A program made the translations under genes and the position numbers. Shown piece after piece: positions 9,584-19,044 of a DNA stretch of 28,032 bases; the stretch's first letter is position 1, and every line of letters begins with the position of its first letter. The notes beneath the pieces were generated by a model. That model saw only the letters and a program-made list of their open reading frames with translations. It did not search any database and had not been told where the DNA came from. Source of the stretch: a virus (Duplodnaviria > Heunggongvirae > Uroviricota > Caudoviricetes); IMG/VR virus record IMGVR_UViG_648276649_000002. One strand, written 5' to 3'.

Positions 9584-10007
9584 GTTTCACCGTCCACATT
9601 TCTTCAGGTTCATCAGGTTCCGCTATAGCTTCAACGCTCGACACACTGCCGTCAGTGCTGACCAGCACACGCTCCGTCAGTTGCAGGTTCAGGCTGATAT
9701 CACAGACATCGTTGCGCAGAATATCCACCTCAAAGGTGAATAGTTTTTCCCGTAACGCCGGGTTATTGATGGCATCGGGCTGGTTATCCCGCAGCCACAG
9801 CAAAACCGGGGCCATCAGCAGATTCTGGTCGCCGCTGAAATCCTCAATCACTGCGTTCAGCGTGTAACGGTACTCCCACGACATGGAGCTGGTCCCCGTG
9901 GCAACCAGCGAACCGTTATCCACAAACAGATGCAGTTTGTCCGGGTTATTGCGGACATAAGGCACTGCTTTATTAAGGGCGTGGCGCAGGGATTGTGGTT
10001 TGTTCAC
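9576..10007 (-). CDS. R: tail completion protein R
   Basis: likely GTG start at 10007 with AGGAG 8 nt upstream; gpR-like size and position. Confidence 0.75.
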   Translation of the reverse strand: MNKPQSLRHALNKAVPYVRNNPDKLHLFVDNGSLVATGTSSMSWEYRYTLNAVIEDFSGDQNLLMAPVLLWLRDNQPDAINNPALREKLFTFEVDILRNDVCDISLNLQLTERVLVSTDGSVSSVEAIAEPDEPEEMWTVKRG

Positions 10008-10260
10008 TGTTTCGCTCCTGACACGCAATAATCATGTCCACTTTGTCTGCACAGACCGCCCAGGCGGCCTCCGTTTCATCCAGCAACGCGTTCAGCTCAC
10101 CGTTAGTGCGCGGCGCTGTCTGATCCAGCCGACACGGCGTCACTCGCGGACAACCACTGACGGTAAGCTGCACCTCCGGTGAGTGCCGGACGTTCCCGCA
10201 GCCGGATAATGTCAGCAGGCAAAGGAGTATCAGCCCAGCGGCGTAAATCCTCATTCTCAC
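9973..10260 (-). CDS. lysC: o-spanin (Rz1-like outer-membrane lipoprotein LysC)
   Basis: starts inside lysB in another frame; signal peptide with lipobox LTLSGC; Pro-rich C-terminus. Confidence 0.7.
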   Translation of the reverse strand: MRMRIYAAGLILLCLLTLSGCGNVRHSPEVQLTVSGCPRVTPCRLDQTAPRTNGELNALLDETEAAWAVCADKVDMIIACQERNSEQTTIPAPRP

Positions 10261-10531
10261 GTTTCAGTTCCTCAATCCGGCGTTGTCGTTGTCTCAGCAG
10301 CGCGCTGGTCTGTTCTGCGTCGGCATAGAGCCGCGCCTGCTCCCGGTTATTGGTTTCAGTCAGAATGGACAGGCTGATAAGCTGGCTGTTGCTCTTTGCC
10401 AGTGCCTGGCTTTTGCTCTGCAGCTCGTCCGCCTGCGTGCTGATGGTCCGGCTGGCATCAGCCAGCCGCCACGTCTGCCAGCCCAGCGCCGCCAGTAATA
10501 ACGCCAGCATAACCAGCAGCAACCGGTTCAT
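10103..10531 (-). CDS. lysB: i-spanin (Rz-like LysB)
   Basis: N-terminal transmembrane helix followed by coiled-coil-like charged region; overlapped by lysC. Confidence 0.75.
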   Translation of the reverse strand: MNRLLLVMLALLLAALGWQTWRLADASRTISTQADELQSKSQALAKSNSQLISLSILTETNNREQARLYADAEQTSALLRQRQRRIEELKRENEDLRRWADTPLPADIIRLRERPALTGGAAYRQWLSASDAVSAGSDSAAH

Positions 10532-10905
10532 GCTGCTACCTGTTGCGCCATCTGATTACGGGTGATCCAGAAGGCAATAACGGTCAGTAGATAAAAGACC
10601 AGGGTAATAGCCCACCCCGTCCAGACGAGACTTACGACAATCAGCAATCGCATCACCCAGCTGATAAATACGTTTTCTTTTCGGGTAATGGTCTTCAGCA
10701 AAGATACCCTCAACTCCTGCCAGAGCGAGCCATTCTTAATTAACGCAGCCAGTGCTACCGGAATTGCCGCCCATGTCAGTAAACAGGCTACCCAAACGCC
10801 GGACGCTGCCAGTACCGAAAAAATCCCCTGCGGATACACCATTGCTGCGATTAACAGCGCCATCCATAACATCAGAAACAGTCCGCTGATTAATTTCTTT
10901 TTCAT
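10528..10905 (-). CDS. lysA: lysis regulatory membrane protein LysA
   Basis: ATG at 10905 with GGGAG upstream; multi-TM small protein after the endolysin. Confidence 0.7.
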   Translation of the reverse strand: MKKKLISGLFLMLWMALLIAAMVYPQGIFSVLAASGVWVACLLTWAAIPVALAALIKNGSLWQELRVSLLKTITRKENVFISWVMRLLIVVSLVWTGWAITLVFYLLTVIAFWITRNQMAQQVAA

Positions 10906-10906
10906 T

Positions 10907-11419
10907 TCAGTTTGCTCCCTGTAAGCACCAGGCCATCTCCCGCGCACGGCGGTTATCCAGCCCCTGATTAAACACACCTTTCACATACACCCAGCGCGGC
11001 AACTGTCGGCACGCATCCGCCCAGCGCCGCTGATTGAGCAATTTCACCAGCGTGGAGCTGCAGGCATTGCCTGTCCCCACGTTGAAGGCAAATGACACCA
11101 CCGCGTCATACACTTTCTGCGGTGGCTGTTGCTTCACACACCTTTCCAGTGACCGCTCCACACGCAGCACGTTGGAGATAAGCCCTTCTGCTGCCTGTCG
11201 TTCCGTAATGGTTTTGCCGGGAATGACGTCCGACGTATTACCAATGCCGTCAGTCCATACACCCGCGCTGCACTGATACGGCTGCAGACGACAGCCTTCG
11301 TAATCGGCAATCAGTTTCAGTCCTTCCACGGAGGTGTGAAGCTGCTGAAAACCCGGCAGCGTGGCAGCAATAGCCAGCACGGCCCCGACAAGGCAGCGTT
11401 TAACGATTGATGGATTCAT
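10907..11419 (-). CDS. K: endolysin, phage lysozyme with N-terminal signal-anchor-like segment
   Basis: 170-aa ORF with hydrophobic N-terminus and lysozyme-like EG...D...T region; P2 gpK position. Confidence 0.85.
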   Translation of the reverse strand: MNPSIVKRCLVGAVLAIAATLPGFQQLHTSVEGLKLIADYEGCRLQPYQCSAGVWTDGIGNTSDVIPGKTITERQAAEGLISNVLRVERSLERCVKQQPPQKVYDAVVSFAFNVGTGNACSSTLVKLLNQRRWADACRQLPRWVYVKGVFNQGLDNRRAREMAWCLQGAN

Positions 11420-11615
11420 AATCCTCCCGCGAGATCTGCCCGTCGCGCAGAAGCTGGTAGGCTTTGTGTTTGTAGTACCAGTTGATAGCCAGCATCAGTA
11501 CACCAATCATCAGGCCGCCCAGCGTTGAGGCATCCTTGATGGACAAATCACCCAGCCAGGCCAGCACGACGGCGATGCAATACGTGATAAAGGCGCTGAT
11601 TCGCTCAAGCGTCAT
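11400..11615 (-). CDS. Y: holin
   Basis: 71-aa protein with two hydrophobic helices and charged C-terminus, immediately upstream of the endolysin. Confidence 0.7.
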   Translation of the reverse strand: MTLERISAFITYCIAVVLAWLGDLSIKDASTLGGLMIGVLMLAINWYYKHKAYQLLRDGQISREDYESINR

Positions 11616-11618
11616 AAT

Positions 11619-11822
11619 TCAGTCCCATAGCTGGACGGTCTGCACGGTGGTGGTTGTCGGAATGTCCGGCAGCTCCACCTGCAGCCCGTGAGGTAAAAAG
11701 GGGCCGTATTCGGCAAGCCCCGGATTTGCCTTCAGTACCTGCTCCGTGACACCCTGCGTGCGCCCGTAATGACGCCAGCAAAGTGCGTCCACCGTGTCAT
11801 ACTGATGCGCACGCACTTTCAT
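11619..11822 (-). CDS. X: tail protein X
   Basis: 67-aa ORF in the gpX position between L and the holin. Confidence 0.7.
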   Translation of the reverse strand: MKVRAHQYDTVDALCWRHYGRTQGVTEQVLKANPGLAEYGPFLPHGLQVELPDIPTTTTVQTVQLWD

Positions 11823-12286
11823 CAGATAAGCTCCACTGTGCAGTGCGGCGCATCCTGCACCCGGCTGATGGCCCAGCGGGCGTCACGCCATAAATCACCG
11901 CTTGCTTCCGCCAGTTCCTCGCCTCGCTTCGCACCGGATGCCGTGGCGTCATAGTCCTGGTAACGTTCGTTGAGCATGGCGCGTGCCCAGCAGTAAACCG
12001 CGTTGAAATAGTGCTGAATGCGCTCGCTTTTGCCGTCCAGTTGTTCCGCCGGGACTTCTGCCAGCGAGGCATACCCCAGCATCTGCTGGCGTCTGCGAAA
12101 CTCATACAGCTCTGCGTTGACCTCCGAAATTGCCGACAGCGCAACCTGCTTTAAACGCGGCTGCGTCACCGTGCCGTCAGTGCGCATGACACTGCGAAAC
12201 TCCGACAGGTCCACATCAGGCCAGAACGGCGTATTTCTGATGATTTCCGCCTGTTCCGGTGCCTGTTCTGGCGCAACAAACTTCAT
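11822..12286 (-). CDS. L: capsid completion protein L
   Basis: ATG at 12286 with AGGAGA upstream; gpL position. Confidence 0.8.
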   Translation of the reverse strand: MKFVAPEQAPEQAEIIRNTPFWPDVDLSEFRSVMRTDGTVTQPRLKQVALSAISEVNAELYEFRRRQQMLGYASLAEVPAEQLDGKSERIQHYFNAVYCWARAMLNERYQDYDATASGAKRGEELAEASGDLWRDARWAISRVQDAPHCTVELI

Positions 12287-12381
12287 GCTGCTTTCTCCTG
12301 AAATAAAGGGCGGTGGACGGGGTTTTGATGTGGCAGTGCCTTTCGCCACCCCGTGCCGCCCGTGCGCGGGGGCACGTTCTG

Positions 12382-13032
12382 TCAGCGGCTGTCATTGCGC
12401 AGTCTGCGCTCCAGCTGCTGTTTGTCTTTTTTCACGCCACAGCGGGGATCGAGCTGTAACGCATGGTTGAGATGATTAAGGGCGGAAGCCGGATTGCTTT
12501 CACTCAGGACAGCGCCAATCGCTTTATGCAGACGCGCCCGTGACTGGTCCGGCATATCCAGACCGTCTGTCAGCTCCAGCGTCTGCAGCAACAGTTCGGC
12601 ATCAAAGCCGGTGGCGGCAAGCATTGCGCTCTGCGCTGCATCTGCCATTTCCTCTGCCAGCACGGTCTGCACGTTGCGGTTACCCAGCGGCATCACCCAG
12701 CCATGACGCAGGGCATGACGCCCGATCTCCAGCGCCCCGGCATAATCTCCGGCATCAATGCGCCACAGCATCACGTACATCAGCACGTCATCCTGTTGAG
12801 CGCCTCCGGCAGCCAGGACGCCCTCCGCCCAGGCGGCATATTTCGGCAGCAGCTCCACCTTGATTTCCGCTTTTTTCACCGTGGACTGAACGCCCTTGAG
12901 ACGGCGGCGGTCTTCCGCCAGTTGCAGCAGCATCAGGTCATAGCCCGACGCGTGGCGAACGCTGCCGCCCTCGCGGGCGGCCTGTTCAGCCTGAACGCGC
13001 AGGCGATGCTGCCGTGCGGGACTCAGGCTCAT
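12382..13032 (-). CDS. M: terminase small (endonuclease) subunit M
   Basis: 216-aa ORF between N and L as in P2. Confidence 0.8.
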   Translation of the reverse strand: MSLSPARQHRLRVQAEQAAREGGSVRHASGYDLMLLQLAEDRRRLKGVQSTVKKAEIKVELLPKYAAWAEGVLAAGGAQQDDVLMYVMLWRIDAGDYAGALEIGRHALRHGWVMPLGNRNVQTVLAEEMADAAQSAMLAATGFDAELLLQTLELTDGLDMPDQSRARLHKAIGAVLSESNPASALNHLNHALQLDPRCGVKKDKQQLERRLRNDSR

Positions 13033-13035
13033 GGG

Positions 13036-14094
13036 TTACGCTCCGGCTTCTGCTGCGGCGGCGCTGAAATCGCCAATCTGGATGTTTTCCACCAGCGCAG
13101 CGCAGCGGTAGTCCTCAACCACATAGGCTTCGTTAACAGATTCAAAGTTTTCAATCCGGTCACGTTTCGGGTTGTCGATAACTGAACGGCGGCGGGTGTC
13201 TTCCTGCCAGTAGATGGACAGGTTATCCAGACGGGTGATCAGCAGCGCATTCGGCGGGAAGAACGGCGCACGCACGGCCTGCAGACCGCCCATGCGTTTC
13301 TGACTGATAATCATATCGGCTGCCAGTTTTTCACTGTTTTCCTGCTCTTTGTTGACCAGCGGGAAATACTTGTCAGACAGCAGTTCACGACCGCAAATCA
13401 CCATCAGATCGTCATCATCCTGGTAGACCACGTCGATAAGCTCATTGACCGCATCCATCACTACAGCGTCCAGGTTGGCATATTCGCCACCTTTCCCGAC
13501 TTTCACCGCACCCGGTGTGGTTTCGCCGCCCGTGGTGGTGCTGCCCATGACGTGATCCGGTGCATCCTCACGGATTTTCTGCAGCCAGCCTTTGTTCACA
13601 TCCTGCAGCAGCGGGTTTTCACTACGGTTGGAGGTTTTCGCACGCTTCACGCCGTTAAAGCCGATCATGATGCGGTCCAGTGCCTGACGTTTCACGATGG
13701 CGTCACGGATACGCACCTGGAAATCCTGAAACTTCGCCCACAGGTCCAGCTTCGCGTAGGTCAGCACCGTGTCAAAGTTGGTCTGCTCGCATTTATATTC
13801 CACATCGACCATCAGCGTCGGATCGACAGGTTCACGCTCTTTCGCGGTGGTGTCAGTGGTTCCGGCAATGGTGCTGCCAACACCCAGCCCCAGCAACTGA
13901 CCGGACTGCTCAGTCACTGGCGTGACGTTAATCAGCGTCAGGAAGGCGGCGGACTGCTGGATCTGGTCTTCCAGCGTCTGCTGCACAGACGGCTCCACAG
14001 TGAATTTGCTGGACAGTTCTTCAACTGCCACACCGTTCAGACGCGCCAGCTGCTGCAGGTAAGCGTTAAAAGCAAAGCGGGTATTCTTCTTCAT
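13036..14094 (-). CDS. N: major capsid protein N
   Basis: 352-aa ORF, P2 gpN size and position. Confidence 0.9.
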   Translation of the reverse strand: MKKNTRFAFNAYLQQLARLNGVAVEELSSKFTVEPSVQQTLEDQIQQSAAFLTLINVTPVTEQSGQLLGLGVGSTIAGTTDTTAKEREPVDPTLMVDVEYKCEQTNFDTVLTYAKLDLWAKFQDFQVRIRDAIVKRQALDRIMIGFNGVKRAKTSNRSENPLLQDVNKGWLQKIREDAPDHVMGSTTTGGETTPGAVKVGKGGEYANLDAVVMDAVNELIDVVYQDDDDLMVICGRELLSDKYFPLVNKEQENSEKLAADMIISQKRMGGLQAVRAPFFPPNALLITRLDNLSIYWQEDTRRRSVIDNPKRDRIENFESVNEAYVVEDYRCAALVENIQIGDFSAAAAEAGA

Positions 14095-14110
14095 CGGGTT
14101 TTGTGCTCCA

Positions 14111-14944
14111 TCAGCAATTGGTCAGAGTGTCAGCGGGGGCGTTACCGCCTGTTGCACGCTGGCGGTAGTCCTGGCGGCTGTCTTCATGACTCAGCTTGTC
14201 CACCAGTTCGTTAAAGGCGGTCTGCTGTGCCTGCAGGGCAGTCTCCAGCTCAGACAGGCGTTCTTCCTGCTCAGACAGGGATTTTTCGGTGCGTGCGCTC
14301 AGGTTCTGCTGCTCAGTGGCGACCAGCTCCACGGCCTTATGCACATCAGAGAACCGGGCGTCATCGGACTGCTCTTTTTTGGTAAACAGCGCCGTGACGC
14401 GGGCAAACAGGGACGGTTTGTCGTCCTGGACTTCTTCCAGTTCGATCACCGTTTCCTCTGCAGCGGTAAAAAGATTGGCGGGATTCTGCTTGCGGTTTGC
14501 CAGCGGGTTATGGGCTGCACTGGCGCTGAATGTCAGCATTTCCGTACCCAGACTGGCGGGATCATCAGTGGCAGCCAGGCCGACCAGATAGGCTTTGCCC
14601 GTATCAGCGAACTTCGGGCTGACTTCCATAGAGGTGAATAATTTCTGGCCTTTTTTCACCAGTTCCACCAGGGACTCCGTTGGCTCAACGTCGGCATACA
14701 GCGCCATCTTGCCTGCCAGCGGACCTTCCGTGATTTCTTCAGCAAACAGCGCCGTCACCTTGCCGTAGCGGTTAAAGGTGCTGTCCGGCAGATAAGACTT
14801 GATGTGCTCAAGGTTAATCAGCGCGGTATACACCGCCGGGTTGTAGCTGGCTGCCATCTGTTCCAGCCATTCACGCTGGATTTCGCGTCCGTCGGTGGTG
14901 GCACCTTCCACCCCGATGCGAAAACGCTTTGCTTTCACTGTCAT
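14111..14944 (-). CDS. O: capsid scaffolding protein O
   Basis: 277-aa ORF with acidic coiled-coil C-terminal half; divergent from P. Confidence 0.85.
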   Translation of the reverse strand: MTVKAKRFRIGVEGATTDGREIQREWLEQMAASYNPAVYTALINLEHIKSYLPDSTFNRYGKVTALFAEEITEGPLAGKMALYADVEPTESLVELVKKGQKLFTSMEVSPKFADTGKAYLVGLAATDDPASLGTEMLTFSASAAHNPLANRKQNPANLFTAAEETVIELEEVQDDKPSLFARVTALFTKKEQSDDARFSDVHKAVELVATEQQNLSARTEKSLSEQEERLSELETALQAQQTAFNELVDKLSHEDSRQDYRQRATGGNAPADTLTNC

Positions 14945-15022
14945 GAGCCGTGCTCCGTTAGAAAAAACTTACTGGAGCCTTATGGTTGCGGAGATAGGGG
15001 CAGTGAAACAATGCGCGGTATT

Positions 15023-15040
15023 TGTACCGACAACCACACA
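15023..15040. promoter_or_regulatory. TGT-N12-ACA dyad, candidate Ogr-dependent late promoter element in the O/P divergent region
   Basis: TGTaccgacaaccacACA centred about 56 nt upstream of the P start codon. Confidence 0.4.
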
Positions 15041-15086
15041 AACCGCAGGCGGGGAAAGCCTTCATTCAAGGCTGTAGGTTTGTGCC

Positions 15087-16853
15087 ATGAACACCACACT
15101 GACACCCGCAGATCTCGATCCCCGTCGGCAGGCCATGCTGCTGTACTTTCAGGGATACCGCGTCGCCCGCATTGCTGAAATGCTGGGCGAGAAAGTTGCA
15201 ACCGTTCACAGCTGGAAAAAACGCGACAAGTGGGGTGACTATGGGCCGCTGGATCAGATGCAGCTCACCACCGCCGCACGCTACTGCCAGCTCATTATGA
15301 AGGAGCACAAAGAAGGGAAAGATTTCAAAGAGATTGACCTGCTGGCGCGCCAGTCGGAGCGCCACGCGCGGATCGGCAAGTTTAACAATGGCGGCAACGA
15401 AGCCGACTTAAACCCTAACGTCGCCAACCGCAACAAAGGCCCACGCCGTCAGCCGGAAAAGAATGTTTTCACCGATGAGCAGATTGAGAAGCTGGAAGAA
15501 ATCTTCCATTCCTCCATGTTCAACTACCAGCGCCACTGGTGGGAAGCCGGAAAAACCAACCGCATCCGCAACCTGCTGAAGTCACGCCAGATCGGCGCGA
15601 CCTTTTACTTTGCCCGTGAAGCCCTGATTGACGCTCTGCTTACCGGACGTAACCAGATTTTCCTTTCTGCCAGTAAGGCACAGGCCCACGTCTTCAAACA
15701 GTACATCATCGACTTTGCCAAAGAAGTGGAGGTGGAGCTGAAAGGCGATCCGATGGTGCTTCCCAACGGGGCCACACTGTATTTCCTCGGAACCAATGCC
15801 CGCACGGCCCAGAGTTACCACGGCAACCTGTATCTGGATGAATATTTCTGGATACCGAAATTCCAGGAGCTGCGCAAAGTGGCTTCCGGTATGGCTATTC
15901 ACAAAAAATGGCGACAAACCTATTTTTCCACGCCATCCAGCCTGACCCACAGTGCTTATCCGTTCTGGTCCGGTGCGCTGTTCAACCGTGGACGCAACAA
16001 AGCTGACAAGGTGGACATCGACCTGTCCCACAGCAATCTGGCCCCCGGCCTGCTGTGCGCAGACGGGCAATACCGCCAGATAGTCACCGTGGAAGATGCG
16101 GTGCGCGGCGGCTGTAACCTGTTCGACCTCGACCAGCTACGCATGGAGTACAGCCCGGACGAATACCAGAACCTGCTGATGTGCGAGTTCGTGGACGATC
16201 TCGCGTCCGTGTTCCCGCTCAGCGAACTGCAGGCGTGCATGGTGGACAGTTGGGAAGTCTGGACCGACTTTCATGCACTGGCCCTGCGCCCGTTTGGCTG
16301 GCGCGAGGTGTGGATCGGTTATGACCCGGCAAAAGGTACGCAGAACGGCGACAGCGCCGGATGCGTGGTGGTGGCACCGCCAGCCGTGCCAGGCGGTAAG
16401 TTTCGCATTCTTGAGCGTCACCAGTGGCGCGGGATGGACTTCCGCGCCCAGGCGGACGCCATCAAAAAACTGACCGAACAGTACAACGTGACCTATATCG
16501 GCATCGACTCGACAGGTGTCGGTCACGGGGTTTACGAGAACGTGAAAGCGTTTTTTCCAGCCGTCCGGGAGTTTGTCTACAACCCCAACGTTAAAAACGC
16601 CCTGGTACTCAAGGCCTACGACATTATCAGCCACCGCCGTCTGGAGTTTGACGCCGGACACACCGACATAGCGCAGTCATTTATGGCAATCCGTCGCGCC
16701 ACCACCGCCAGCGGCAACCGCCCGACCTATGAAGCCAGCCGCAGCGAAGAAGCCAGCCACGCCGATCTGGCCTGGGCAACGATGCACGCTCTGTTTAACG
16801 AACCGCTGCAGGGCGAATCCGCCAATACCAGCAATATTGTGGAGATTTTTTGA
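15087..16853 (+). CDS. P: terminase large (ATPase) subunit P
   Basis: 588-aa ORF; N-terminus MNTTLTPADLDPRRQAMLLY is gpP-like. Confidence 0.9.
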   Translation: MNTTLTPADLDPRRQAMLLYFQGYRVARIAEMLGEKVATVHSWKKRDKWGDYGPLDQMQLTTAARYCQLIMKEHKEGKDFKEIDLLARQSERHARIGKFNNGGNEADLNPNVANRNKGPRRQPEKNVFTDEQIEKLEEIFHSSMFNYQRHWWEAGKTNRIRNLLKSRQIGATFYFAREALIDALLTGRNQIFLSASKAQAHVFKQYIIDFAKEVEVELKGDPMVLPNGATLYFLGTNARTAQSYHGNLYLDEYFWIPKFQELRKVASGMAIHKKWRQTYFSTPSSLTHSAYPFWSGALFNRGRNKADKVDIDLSHSNLAPGLLCADGQYRQIVTVEDAVRGGCNLFDLDQLRMEYSPDEYQNLLMCEFVDDLASVFPLSELQACMVDSWEVWTDFHALALRPFGWREVWIGYDPAKGTQNGDSAGCVVVAPPAVPGGKFRILERHQWRGMDFRAQADAIKKLTEQYNVTYIGIDSTGVGHGVYENVKAFFPAVREFVYNPNVKNALVLKAYDIISHRRLEFDAGHTDIAQSFMAIRRATTASGNRPTYEASRSEEASHADLAWATMHALFNEPLQGESANTSNIVEIF

Positions 16854-17875
16854 TGAAAGAACATATCGCGCCAGACGAAACCGTAACTGCAGAAGAAACT
16901 AAAAAATCCGTTGCGGAGGCTTTCAGCTTTGGTGATCCCATTCCTGTACTGGACCGCCGCGAACTGCTGGACTATGTGGAATGCGTACAGATGGATCGCT
17001 GGTATGAGCCGCCCGTCAGCTTTGACGGACTGGCGCGCACCTTCCGCGCCGCCGTGCACCACAGCTCCCCGATCAGTGTTAAGCGTGACATTATCAGCAG
17101 TACCTATATTCCACATCGCCTTCTCAGCCAGCAGGCATTTACCCGTTTTGTGCAGGACTATCTGGTTTTTGGTAACGCCTACCTGGAGAAACGCACGAAC
17201 CGCTTTGGTGAAGTTATTTCGCTGGAACCTGCACTGGCAAAATACACCCGGCGCGGACTTGACCTTGAAACATACTGGTTTGTGCAATACAGCCTGACGA
17301 CACAGCCGTATCAGTTCACAAAAGGTAATGTCTTCCACCTGATGGAGCCGGATATCAACCAGGAGATTTATGGTCTGCCGGGTTACCTTTCTGCCATTCC
17401 GTCAGCTCTGCTCAACGAATCCGCCACGCTGTTCCGCCGCAAGTATTACATCAACGGCAGTCATGCAGGCTTCATCATGTACATGACCGACGCCGCGCAG
17501 AACCAGGAGGATGTAAACAACCTCCGTAACGCGATGAAAAGCGCCAAAGGTCCAGGCAACTTCCGTAATCTGTTTATGTACTCGCCTAACGGCAAAAAAG
17601 ACGGGCTTCAGATTATCCCGTTATCAGAAGTCGCAGCGAAGGATGAGTTTCTGAATATCAAGAACGTGAGCCGGGACGACATGATGGCAGCACACCGAGT
17701 GCCGCCGCAAATGATGGGGATTATGCCGAATAATGTTGGTGGATTTGGGGATGTGGAGAAAGCGAGTAAAGTTTTTGTGAGAAATGAACTGATCCCGCTG
17801 CAGAAGAGATTATTCGAGATAAATGTATGGCTAGGAGAAAATGTCATTACTTTCCAGCCATACAACTTAGATTAA
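16850..17875 (+). CDS. Q: portal protein Q
   Basis: 341-aa ORF overlapping the P stop; gpQ position and size. Confidence 0.85.
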   Translation: MMKEHIAPDETVTAEETKKSVAEAFSFGDPIPVLDRRELLDYVECVQMDRWYEPPVSFDGLARTFRAAVHHSSPISVKRDIISSTYIPHRLLSQQAFTRFVQDYLVFGNAYLEKRTNRFGEVISLEPALAKYTRRGLDLETYWFVQYSLTTQPYQFTKGNVFHLMEPDINQEIYGLPGYLSAIPSALLNESATLFRRKYYINGSHAGFIMYMTDAAQNQEDVNNLRNAMKSAKGPGNFRNLFMYSPNGKKDGLQIIPLSEVAAKDEFLNIKNVSRDDMMAAHRVPPQMMGIMPNNVGGFGDVEKASKVFVRNELIPLQKRLFEINVWLGENVITFQPYNLD

Positions 17876-17880
17876 TACTA

Positions 17881-17910
17881 TTACAGACACTTTCGTGAAA
17901 GTGTCTGTAA
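17881..17910. other. perfect 13-bp stem-loop between convergent Q and the toxSAS-like gene
   Basis: ttacagacacttt cgtg aaagtgtctgtaa; no clear U-tract on either strand. Confidence 0.35.
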
Positions 17911-17923
17911 TCAAAAAATGAAA

Positions 17924-18928
17924 TTATTCTTCTGAATCATCATAAACATCCATTCCTTCGGTCTGATTTCTAATATAAGAAGCCCCCATAGAATTAGCAA
18001 TCGCAGTCCGAATTAACCCTACATGAGTGAAAAACACCCCTAACCTAGCACGCTTTAACTCAGACTCATCATCATAGTCATCTTCATTACTTATAATTCT
18101 TCTAACCATTGCCTTATCTTCGTCAATAGCCGAAGGTAGCCCACTCTTTAAAGCGTCAATACACTCACCTACAGTTATAATTTTATTTTTAATTAATTCA
18201 GAAAGCAAATCATCATAATTTTCATCATCAGATTTATTATCAGGTGGTAATTCACTTGCAGCTATCATTTTCAGCAATTCTACGTCAAGCATAGTTCCTC
18301 TATCTAGTCTGCTTGTCTCAACATACCCCTCACGCTCTGATAACACTCTTTCAAATTCGAAATCAACGACTTCAAGCAAAGCAGATACTCTATTAATTGC
18401 TCGCCTAAGAGGAAGTGGAACACTTTGCTCTTTTTTGTATTGCAGTTTATGAGATGCTGCAGCCCAAATATGCTGAGAAAGCGTTCGTATTTGCACCTCC
18501 ACTTTCATATTTTTAAAATCACTAAAGGATGGAACTCTTAGCCATTCTTCTGGAGGTTGTATTACATAATGATGAGATTGGTACCCAAATCTATCCTCAT
18601 CCAGTTCATCAAGTTTATTCTCTTGCTTCAAAATAATGAAATGTTCTTTCAGACAAGATATAACCTTTTCAACATCTCGCTTAAATAGCATTATTAATCG
18701 GATTCCAACATAATCATCCAAGTCAACTATTGACTCAATCTTTAGAGGTTTTCGGTTATCCTTATTAATAATAGAACTTAATGTTTTGACACGGCTTTCA
18801 ATTGGAACCCCTAAAGACAATTTATTCTCCGACAAAATAACATCAATTTGCTCAACCATAACTCGTCTGAACAATTCCGCAACTGAGCCGTAAATTGAAT
18901 GCTGTTCTTTTAATTCTTCGTCTGTCAT
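17924..18928 (-). CDS. RelA/SpoT-like nucleotidyltransferase (toxSAS-like) with uncharacterised acidic C-terminal domain
   Basis: motifs RVKTLSSIINK, DYVGIRLIM, GYQSHH and EVQIRTLSQHIWAAASHKLQYK in the N-terminal half; AT-rich; RBS-like AGGT upstream. Confidence 0.8.
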   Translation of the reverse strand: MTDEELKEQHSIYGSVAELFRRVMVEQIDVILSENKLSLGVPIESRVKTLSSIINKDNRKPLKIESIVDLDDYVGIRLIMLFKRDVEKVISCLKEHFIILKQENKLDELDEDRFGYQSHHYVIQPPEEWLRVPSFSDFKNMKVEVQIRTLSQHIWAAASHKLQYKKEQSVPLPLRRAINRVSALLEVVDFEFERVLSEREGYVETSRLDRGTMLDVELLKMIAASELPPDNKSDDENYDDLLSELIKNKIITVGECIDALKSGLPSAIDEDKAMVRRIISNEDDYDDESELKRARLGVFFTHVGLIRTAIANSMGASYIRNQTEGMDVYDDSEE

Positions 18929-19044
18929 CTATCTTACCTAACTTATATAAATGAATCAGATATAAAACATTGCATAATTTTAATTCAAGTGGACAACATA
19001 TAAATTATCCGATCTAAACCACTTAAACAACAGGTTTTGCGCGC

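Noticed and set aside
13552-14214. 220-aa + strand ORF
   Set aside because: Lies antisense inside the major capsid gene N; no RBS; typical spurious open frame in GC-rich coding DNA.
15582-16070. 162-aa - strand ORF
   Set aside because: Entirely inside terminase gene P on the opposite strand.
17881-17910. 13-bp stem-loop as an intrinsic terminator
   Set aside because: No U-tract follows on either strand, so kept only as a stem-loop of uncertain function.
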